Source: Planctomycetota bacterium
GTDB taxonomy: Bacteria > Planctomycetota > PLA2 > JAEUHO01
DNA: 64,000 nucleotides
Reading direction: 5' to 3'
Assembly (NCBI GenBank): GCA_965222115.1
Contig: CBDCTJ010000007.1
Span: 1,888,001 to 1,952,000 of the forward strand
The stretch's first letter is position 1, and every line of letters begins with the position of its first letter. Shown piece after piece: positions 39,869-47,790 of the stretch. The notes beneath the pieces were generated by a model that saw only the letters and a program-made list of their open reading frames with translations, was not told the origin of the DNA and searched no databases. Position numbers and translations under genes: made by a program.

Positions 39869-39994
39869 CTGTCGGCCTGGTGTAATCGTCGAACTCGGGA
39901 AATCGTCGAGTCGAGCCCGAGCCATTCCTGAATAGTCCGGTCATGAACAGTCCGGGCTACGCATTCACGCACATGAGCAAACACGTGTTCGGTG

Positions 39995-41758
39995 CTACCC
40001 CGCGCCGACTTCTACCACTTGACGATGTAGGTGGGCTTCTACCTCGTCGCAGGTGCGCGCCCGCAAGGCTTCCGCGGCAATACGACGTGCATCCACCAAT
40101 GTCAACGAGCGCAATAGCCTTCGTGCGCGAGGAATGTAGCCCGGCGTCAAACTGAACTCTCGAATGCCGAGCCCGAAGAGCAGCACGGTATAGATTGAGT
40201 GGCCTCCCATTTCGCCACACATGGTTACGGGAATCTCCGCACGCTCGGCCGCGGTCACCGTTTGTCCAATGAGGCGCAGCAAACTTGGATGCGACGGGCG
40301 AAAGAGGTCGGCCACATGGGGATTTACACGGTCCACGGCCAGTCCGTATTGAATGAGATCGTTGGTACCGATCGAAAAAAAATCTACTTCGGGCGCAAGG
40401 ATGTCGGCGACCACTGCGGCAGAAGGAATCTCAATCATGACACCGATGGGCAGATCACTTCGATGGGGTACATCGTCACGGGTGAGTTCGTCCGACGTCT
40501 CTTGAATGAATGCCTTGGCGCGCCGCACCTCTTCTAGCCCGCTCACCATGGGCAACATGATGCGCACGTCTCCCTCGGCCGCGACACGCAAGATTGCACG
40601 GATCTGCGTTCGAAAGGCTTCGGGATGGGCAAAGCACCATCGCAAGGAGCGAGCGCCAAGGGCGGGGTTGGGCTCCGCGTCCTGCACTTTGGCCGGTAGC
40701 GGATAGCCCTTGTCGGCGCCAAAGTCATAGGTGCGAATGGTCAATCGCTTGTCGCCGATTTGCGCCAAGGTGTCGCGGTACATTGCCAAGTGGTCGTCTT
40801 CGGATGGCAGGCTGCCTCCGCCGTCGTACAGAAACTCCGTACGAAACAATCCCACGCCGTCTGCGCCGCGCTTTGCACCGGCCGCCACGTCTAGTGGATA
40901 TTCCACGTTGGCCAATAGTTGCGCGCGATGCCCGTCAAGTGTTTCGGCTGGCAGATGGCTTTCACGAAGAAGCGACGCTTCAAGAGCCTCGTACCGCTCG
41001 CCAAGCCCCACGGCGCGTTCCACGGTGGCCGCATCGGGATCGATCACGATTTCACCGGTGCTGCCGTTGACCCACAGCGTGTCGCCCGGCTGTACGTGTT
41101 CGAGCACCCCTCGCACGCCCATGACGACCGGGAAGCCCAACGATTTTGCGATCACGGCCGCGTGACTTGTTGCTCCGCCGAGTTCCAGCACCAATCCCGC
41201 GACGTTGAGCGGTTCGAGGCGTGCAACTTCGGAGGGCGTGAGATCACGGGCGATGACCACCACCGGCCCGTCGTCGCCCTGTGTGTTTGGCGACGTGCGT
41301 TTGACGCCCGCGAGTGCACTGAGCAAACTGCGTTCAAGATCGACGACGTCTTGAGCCCGTAGCGCCAATACGGGATCTTCGATTTTCGCCAGGCGTGCGG
41401 CGTAGGCATGAAAAACGGTTGCAACGGCGTGCTGCGCTGTGCTGCCGTCACGAATGACGCGCTCCACACGCGGGAGGAAGTCGGCCAACATGGCTTGATG
41501 CACCTTGAAGATCTCGCCCACACCGGGACCGTGACTCTCCAAAGCCCCCGCGTGCCGTTGCAGATCTTGGCGCGTGGCGCGGGCGGCTTCGTTTAGGCGA
41601 ACAATCTCCGCCTCGATGTCTTCGGGGGGCGATGCGGATGCCATGGCGGCCGTGATGTCATCCGGCGGCGATTCATCCCAAAGCAAGGCACGACCGACGC
41701 GAGAACCTCCCGCGACCGGGACACCGCGCAATTGCCGCATGGGTGGGGGCGTTGCCAT
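39995..41758 (-). CDS. ptsI: PEP-protein phosphotransferase (PTS enzyme I)
   Basis: GGATSHAAVIAKSLG (phospho-His), GVGLFRTEFLY, IRTYDFGADK, EPNPALG.RS, FFSIGTNDLIQY, CGEMGG. Confidence 0.95.
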   Translation of the reverse strand: MATPPPMRQLRGVPVAGGSRVGRALLWDESPPDDITAAMASASPPEDIEAEIVRLNEAARATRQDLQRHAGALESHGPGVGEIFKVHQAMLADFLPRVERVIRDGSTAQHAVATVFHAYAARLAKIEDPVLALRAQDVVDLERSLLSALAGVKRTSPNTQGDDGPVVVIARDLTPSEVARLEPLNVAGLVLELGGATSHAAVIAKSLGFPVVMGVRGVLEHVQPGDTLWVNGSTGEIVIDPDAATVERAVGLGERYEALEASLLRESHLPAETLDGHRAQLLANVEYPLDVAAGAKRGADGVGLFRTEFLYDGGGSLPSEDDHLAMYRDTLAQIGDKRLTIRTYDFGADKGYPLPAKVQDAEPNPALGARSLRWCFAHPEAFRTQIRAILRVAAEGDVRIMLPMVSGLEEVRRAKAFIQETSDELTRDDVPHRSDLPIGVMIEIPSAAVVADILAPEVDFFSIGTNDLIQYGLAVDRVNPHVADLFRPSHPSLLRLIGQTVTAAERAEIPVTMCGEMGGHSIYTVLLFGLGIREFSLTPGYIPRARRLLRSLTLVDARRIAAEALRARTCDEVEAHLHRQVVEVGAG

Positions 41759-41938
41759 GACGAAATGCTATCAGCGCAGACGCGTCGGGGCGGTGGCCGT
41801 ACGGACCCGGTTCGGTGCGTCGCTGTGTTGATCCAAATCGACGTTTCGCATCGGTTCGTACTCAAGGTCGGGTCGGCTTCAAGTCGAGAGGGAATGCGGT
41901 CCTCGATGGGGGGACCCCTCCGCGACAGGAAGCACTTC

Positions 41939-42961
41939 ATGAAACGCACCAAAAGTCTAGTTGGACTTGATATTGGGACGAGCGCGGTCAAGGCCGTCGA
42001 GATCACCATGCAAGGGGAACCGGTCATTACGGGATTCGGCTTTGCCGAACTCCCAAGTCCAGACGTTCTGCCCGACGTGATCGCCGACCTCTTCCGCAAC
42101 AACGGATTCCACAGCCGTCAAGTGGTCACGTCCGTCTCGGGCAAGTCGGTCATCGTTCGCTACTTGACCATGTTTCGCATGTCTCCCGAAGATTTGCAAA
42201 ACGCCATTCGCTTTGAAGCGGACAAGTACATTCCCTTTGACGTTGACGAAGTCGTTCTCGACTGCCAGCCCTTCGACGTGGCAGGCATCGGTGACTTGGC
42301 ACCCAACGAAATGCGGGTGCTGTTGGTTGCGTGCAAACGCGCCATCATCGACGACCAAATGCGTATGTTGGCGGCGGCCGGCCTTTCCCCCCAGATCGTG
42401 GACGTGGACGCGTTCGCGCTCGGCAACGCCTTTGAGCTTGTCTTGGGTCGTGGCCAAAGCGACGACGCGCGCGTTACGGGCCTGATTGACGTCGGCGCAT
42501 CCAAGAGCAACGTCAATCTCATGCGCGGCACCACGTCGCTCTTCACACGCGAGATTCCCACGGGTGGCATGGCGTTCACTCAAGCCATCGCATCGCGATT
42601 GGGACTCAGTCCACAGGACGCCGAACGCACCAAGCGCTCACCCGGTGATTCCTTGGATCGTGTACGCCAAGCCGTGGCCCCCGCGATGGAAGACTTGGCG
42701 GGCGAGATTCGCCTTAGCTTTGAATACTTCGAGAGTCAGTTCGACGTGGGCATTGATGAAGTGCTTGTGTCGGGCGGTGGCGCCAAGTTGCTTGGCTTTG
42801 ACGCAGAGTTGGGCCGTCTCTTTGATCGCCCCACCAGTACATGGGACCCGACCGGCGAACTTCCGATCGCCAGCGGGAGTGTTGACATCAGCACGATGCG
42901 TGAGCACGTCCAAGAGCTCGCCGTCGCCGTGGGTCTTGCGGCTCGCGCGGGGAGGAAGTAA
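41939..42961 (+). CDS. pilM: Type IV pilus assembly protein PilM
   Basis: VGLDIGTSAVKAVE actin-like start, IRFEADKYIPFDVDEVVLD, IDVGASKS, VSGGGAKL, AVAVGLA. Confidence 0.92.
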   Translation: MKRTKSLVGLDIGTSAVKAVEITMQGEPVITGFGFAELPSPDVLPDVIADLFRNNGFHSRQVVTSVSGKSVIVRYLTMFRMSPEDLQNAIRFEADKYIPFDVDEVVLDCQPFDVAGIGDLAPNEMRVLLVACKRAIIDDQMRMLAAAGLSPQIVDVDAFALGNAFELVLGRGQSDDARVTGLIDVGASKSNVNLMRGTTSLFTREIPTGGMAFTQAIASRLGLSPQDAERTKRSPGDSLDRVRQAVAPAMEDLAGEIRLSFEYFESQFDVGIDEVLVSGGGAKLLGFDAELGRLFDRPTSTWDPTGELPIASGSVDISTMREHVQELAVAVGLAARAGRK

Positions 42962-42963
42962 CC

Positions 42964-43731
42964 ATGATTCGCATCAATCTGCTCCCACCGGAGTACCGGG
43001 CGCGACCCGGCACACCGATGGCGCGGTTTGTCGCGTTGGTGGCTGGCATTGTGCTCGTCTTGAGCGCAACCGGCGCCTACGCCTATACGCACTTCATTCA
43101 ACTCGAGAATGTGAAGAAGGTGCGCGACTCCCGCCAGGCGGAAGCCCAGCACAAAGAGCGTCAGCGCGATCGATCGCTTGCCTTGCAAAAAGAAATCGAT
43201 CGTTACGAAAACCGCCGCCTTGCGATTCGCACGATCAACCGTTCGCGCACCTTGTGGTCGCGCAAGTTGGATCAGTTCTTCGACATCGTGACGGGCCAGG
43301 GTCGTTCCGATGCAAGTCCGGTGTGGCTGGAAGACATTAAGGTGCCGCAAAAAATCACCCGTGCGCGTAAGACACGCAAACGCTCGCGTCGCAAGCGGCG
43401 TGGCGCGAAACTCGAGCCGGGTGGTGAGTTGCGTACGAGCGGCTACATCGCCATGAACGAGCCGTCCGAAGCATTGACCGCACTCAGTGCGTTCCACAAT
43501 GCGATCACCGGCGATCCAGAAAACTCGAAGATGACCACGGAGTTCTTTGCCGACTTCATGGGCATCAACAATCCCAACATCGAAATGCAGAAGATGCTTC
43601 CCTCCCAGGAAGAAGAACAGCGTATTCCACCCGCGGTGGGGTCGTTCAACTACAAGTTGCTCCTCAAGCCCATCGATCTCGCGCCCAAGTCCAAGGGCAA
43701 GGCGCGCAAGTCTGCCGCCAAGAAGCGATAG
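42964..43731 (+). CDS. pilN: PilN-like protein
   Basis: MIRINLLP PilM-binding motif, TM helix, coiled coil, WS..LD and VWLEDI. Confidence 0.85.
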   Translation: MIRINLLPPEYRARPGTPMARFVALVAGIVLVLSATGAYAYTHFIQLENVKKVRDSRQAEAQHKERQRDRSLALQKEIDRYENRRLAIRTINRSRTLWSRKLDQFFDIVTGQGRSDASPVWLEDIKVPQKITRARKTRKRSRRKRRGAKLEPGGELRTSGYIAMNEPSEALTALSAFHNAITGDPENSKMTTEFFADFMGINNPNIEMQKMLPSQEEEQRIPPAVGSFNYKLLLKPIDLAPKSKGKARKSAAKKR

Positions 43732-43749
43732 GCAGAAAGGAAGGCCAGC

Positions 43750-45255
43750 ATGTCTAAGATGTCAGAACGTAAACGTCTGTTCTTGACCATCGGTGTCGCC
43801 GTCTTGATTGCCGGTGTCTTGCTCTACCTGATCTATCAAGATCGAGAAGAGATCAAGAGCATCGAAACCGAGATCAGCAGCATCGAAGATCGCATTCGTG
43901 CCGCAGACAAAGAAATTCGAAAGACCAAGAAGCGCGAAGACGCCGTGCTTGTGTTTCGTGCCGTGGAAGAACGCGAACTTGCGATTCTGCCCACCGAGCA
44001 ACACATCACCGACTTCCATCGCAACTTGTCGAGCTTCTTGGCAGCGTCCGACATTCACTTCCAAGAGTTGCCCGAGAGCAAGCCGGAAGAGAGTGCGCTC
44101 GCCAAAGGCATCTACGTCACGCGCAACACCATCAAGGGCCAGGGCTCGGCCGCCGCCATTCTCAAGTTCATGAACATGGTGGAGAACGATCCCCGTCTGG
44201 TGGCGGTCAAGGGCTTTGAAGTGCACGCCGGAAAGCGTGATGACGAAGCACCCAACCTTCCGATTGAACACTCATGCGAAGTGATGCTCGAGACCTACTT
44301 CTACCGTCCCGCCGACGCGAAGTTTGAAGCCGTCCACATTCCGGGTGCCCTCAAGCGCCTGCAGCAGCCCGACGTGCGTCAACAGATTGCATCATTCCAG
44401 CCCGAGCGGCCCGATACCTATGTGTTGCGCCCCATGTCCTCGCGCCGCGATCCGTTGGTGGATCCCCGGCAGTATGCAACCAAGGATGATCCCGCCGAGT
44501 ACGAGGAGGAATTCAAGAAGCAGGAAGAACTCATTCTTCCCATCGAAGGACGCCACAGCGAGCTTGCGGAGATGATTGTTCTTGAGCGTGAGTTGATCGA
44601 CAAACACGACATCTTTCGCGCCAATCAGATGGGACTTCAGATTGCCGAGCGCGTTTCGGCATTGCAGTCGGAAATCGCCTCGCTTGAGGACATGAAAACC
44701 ATCACGATTCCGGAACTCGCCAAGCGCCTGAGTGTGGTCAAAGACGCTGTGACGCGAATCAGTCGTAGCCGGCCCAAGACCGAGTTGGTGGTCACCCGAT
44801 TGGTCGCCGAGCGGGTCCACGGAGATATCAATACGAAGTTCAACGAGGGCCAGCACGAAGAAGTCGCACGACTCGCTCAGCAGTGGGCCACGTTCTTGCG
44901 CGGCAAGGAAGTGCGTCCTGGTGCACGCCGATTCTTGGACGAGATTGAGCGCATTCGCGACAAGTCAAAGAACCAAGCCGACTTCGCGTCGCTGGATTTC
45001 AGCGTGAGCGGCGTGATCGTTCATCCGCGTAACCCCCAGCGCAGCTTGGCGATCGTCAACAAGCGCCGCGTAAAGGTGGGCGATGCGTTGGACGAGGCCG
45101 ATGAAGTCACGGTGGCGCAGATTACGTCGAAGACGCTCTGGGTTCGGTTCCGCGGCGAGGAACACGAGATCCCGGTTCGCGCCGTAGGTAAAAAGAACAA
45201 GGGTGCCGCGAGCCGCTCTCGCGGGACGCTGATGCGCGGCACTCGTAGACGTTAG
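43750..45255 (+). CDS. Extended PilO-like protein with helical middle region and C-terminal PilP/GspB-like beta domain
   Basis: TM + coiled coil + ILPTEQHI..F..FMNMVENDPRLVAV (PilO-like); RRDPLVDP; C-terminal VSGVIV...AIVN.RRVKVGDAL...VAQIT. Confidence 0.7.
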   Translation: MSKMSERKRLFLTIGVAVLIAGVLLYLIYQDREEIKSIETEISSIEDRIRAADKEIRKTKKREDAVLVFRAVEERELAILPTEQHITDFHRNLSSFLAASDIHFQELPESKPEESALAKGIYVTRNTIKGQGSAAAILKFMNMVENDPRLVAVKGFEVHAGKRDDEAPNLPIEHSCEVMLETYFYRPADAKFEAVHIPGALKRLQQPDVRQQIASFQPERPDTYVLRPMSSRRDPLVDPRQYATKDDPAEYEEEFKKQEELILPIEGRHSELAEMIVLERELIDKHDIFRANQMGLQIAERVSALQSEIASLEDMKTITIPELAKRLSVVKDAVTRISRSRPKTELVVTRLVAERVHGDINTKFNEGQHEEVARLAQQWATFLRGKEVRPGARRFLDEIERIRDKSKNQADFASLDFSVSGVIVHPRNPQRSLAIVNKRRVKVGDALDEADEVTVAQITSKTLWVRFRGEEHEIPVRAVGKKNKGAASRSRGTLMRGTRRR

Positions 45256-45561
45256 GACGAGCGGCTTAGGCATGCCGCGAGAACGGGTTGGAGGCCCACG
45301 CAGGAGGACGCACGACATCGGGCGGATGCACCGTCACTAACAAAAGACGAACGCATCCCGCTCGCACGCAAGTGAATGAGGCACAAGGACTTTGACACGG
45401 GCCGGCTTGAGGGGCCAGGCGCCGCGGAATTGGAGTCGTGTCCTCGCCGCGTGACCGACTTGGGGGTCGCGCTTTACTTGGGCAGTCGAGCAACCGACTG
45501 AGGGCTACAGGAGGCAGGTCTTCTCGCGCGTTCCTCTGGAACGCCGAGGGTGAGGGTCGTC

Positions 45562-47643
45562 ATGAAGTTTTCTCAGCTCAAAACCGCTCGATCCGGCACG
45601 GATGCGGTACGTCGTGTTCTTTGTGCCGCAACGCTCGCTTTGTTGAGCGTCATTGCGTTTTCTCCGACCACCAGCTTTGCTGGCGACGGTTCATTGGATC
45701 CCGATGCCTACCGCACGCGCGATGTGGGCTCCGGCAAGGTAACCATCGACGTGGATGACCAAGCCTTTGGTCAAGTTGTGCGCGAGCTCATCTCGCCAGC
45801 GACGTCCATGAACATCGTGGTTAGCGCGGCGGCAGAGTCCGAACCCGTCACGTTGCAGGTCCAAGACCTGCATTGGGTTCACGCACTCAGCGCGCTCGCC
45901 AACAAGATTGGTGGCGTGATCATCGAAGAGGCGGACAATCTCATCAAGATTGAGCGCCCCGAGCCCGTCACGTTTAGTTACACCGACACCGACATTCGTG
46001 AAGTGATCGGTTCATTCGGCGATTACGCGGGCGCCAACATCATCGTAAGCCCCAAGGTAAGCGGCAATGTCACCGTCACGCTCAAGAACGTGCCTTGGCG
46101 ACATGCGCTTGAGCAAATCGTGCGAACCGTTGGGCCCTATGCCGTGGTCGAAGAGAAGTTCGGCATGCTGCGTGTCGTGCCGCGAGATGAGCTTGAGCTC
46201 ACGATGGCCTACCACCGCTTCAAGTTCATTCGTCCACCCGCACCCTATCGCGGTGTGATCGCCGGACAGGGCGGCGGCAGTGGCGGCGGCAGTGGCGGCG
46301 GAAGCGAGACACAGGCCACCGACGCCATCATTTTGGGCAAGCCCAATATTCCTTCCGACGACTACACCACCATCGAGGAGACGTTCCCAATTCTCGGCGC
46401 ACTCAAGCAGATCGTGACCGCGGATGGAGAAGGTGGAAACGTCAAGTATATCCCCTCTCAAAATACGATCGTCTTCACGGGTACAGCTCCGCGGATCCGC
46501 GAAGTGAAGGCCATGCTCAAGCAGCTCGACGTCGAGCCGCCGCAGGTTTTCATTGAGATGAATTTCATCGTGACCAGCAACTCGGACGCGATCAACTTGG
46601 GCCTGGACGCGGGTGACGCCTCGGGCCTCAACATCGGCATGAGCGGTTCCGACATCATTCACGCCCTGCCCTTCAATACGGGCGGCGGCGATGGCCTAGC
46701 CAAGGCACTAACAGGAACTGCCTTCCCCGCTCCTGCGGCAAGTGCCTTCGGTCACGGTACACTCACCTTTGGTGAAACGCAGCTCCTCTGGAAATTCCTC
46801 CAGCGGGACTCGCGCAGCCGGATCGTTCAAGCTCCGAAGCTCTTGGCCCTGGACAATCAGGAATCCACGATCTTCATTGGCGAGTCGATCCGATACGCCC
46901 GTACGACAGCGGCAACCAACCAGAACGGCGGACTCACGTTCTCCGTAGAAGAAGATCCCAACAGTCCTGTGAGCGTTGGGTTCCAGCTCCTGGTGATTCC
47001 GCACATCATTCCGGGCGAACAGAAGATTCGCATGCTGGTTATTCCCCAGCGCCGCGCCCTTACGGGTACGGGGCCTTTGCCGGGGTTTGATCGCATCACG
47101 GTTTCCGGGCAGAGCATTGATCTGCCGCGTGTTCAGTCGAGTTCGTTGGTTACACACATGATTGTGCGCGATCGTGAGACGGCCGTCATCGGTGGCCTCA
47201 TGGAAGAACGCGAAGTTGAACGCGCGGATAAGTGGCCCTTCTTTGGGGATCTCCCCATCATCGGGGCCGCCTTCCAAGGCAAGGAAAAGTCCATGGTTCG
47301 TGAGCACCTCCTCATCACCATCACTCCGCGCATTGTGCGCGGTACCGATGCGGTGAATGCGCGGGTGTCCGACGAACTGGCCAATCGACCTTATGAGTTG
47401 GCCGCCGAGTACGACAGCCTCTATAGCGGATGCGGTACACCCATGTACGGCACGCCTATGGGCGGCGGCGCGGCGACCTATAGCACCGAAGTTCCCGGCA
47501 CCCCGTCAGGTGGTGTCATCATTAAAAACTCCGGTGCTCCCGAAGTTGCTCCCGCCGACGTGGGCACACCTCCGAGCGAAATGACCGCTCCCGGGGATGC
47601 CCCGCCCGCCGGCGAGCCGATTCCTGTAGCCCCTGGAAGGTAG
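45562..47643 (+). CDS. Secretin (PilQ/GspD family)
   Basis: Signal peptide, two N0/STN-like domains (NIIVSPKVSGNVTVTLKNVPW..AL), LDVEPPQVFIE, QAPKLLALDNQESTIFIG, TAVIGGL, PFFGDLPIIG, ITITPRIV. Confidence 0.92.
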   Translation: MKFSQLKTARSGTDAVRRVLCAATLALLSVIAFSPTTSFAGDGSLDPDAYRTRDVGSGKVTIDVDDQAFGQVVRELISPATSMNIVVSAAAESEPVTLQVQDLHWVHALSALANKIGGVIIEEADNLIKIERPEPVTFSYTDTDIREVIGSFGDYAGANIIVSPKVSGNVTVTLKNVPWRHALEQIVRTVGPYAVVEEKFGMLRVVPRDELELTMAYHRFKFIRPPAPYRGVIAGQGGGSGGGSGGGSETQATDAIILGKPNIPSDDYTTIEETFPILGALKQIVTADGEGGNVKYIPSQNTIVFTGTAPRIREVKAMLKQLDVEPPQVFIEMNFIVTSNSDAINLGLDAGDASGLNIGMSGSDIIHALPFNTGGGDGLAKALTGTAFPAPAASAFGHGTLTFGETQLLWKFLQRDSRSRIVQAPKLLALDNQESTIFIGESIRYARTTAATNQNGGLTFSVEEDPNSPVSVGFQLLVIPHIIPGEQKIRMLVIPQRRALTGTGPLPGFDRITVSGQSIDLPRVQSSSLVTHMIVRDRETAVIGGLMEEREVERADKWPFFGDLPIIGAAFQGKEKSMVREHLLITITPRIVRGTDAVNARVSDELANRPYELAAEYDSLYSGCGTPMYGTPMGGGAATYSTEVPGTPSGGVIIKNSGAPEVAPADVGTPPSEMTAPGDAPPAGEPIPVAPGR

Positions 47644-47790
47644 TCAAGCTCTGCTCTGGACCTTTACGTCAGTTTCGGTCCCGAGTTCCTTCATTACCTA
47701 TAGCTGATCGTCGATCTGCTTGCGTTCCCACGTATCCGTGGTGCGAGCGTTCGAAGTTGGTTTTGGTGACGAAGTCGATGGAGCCTTCCA

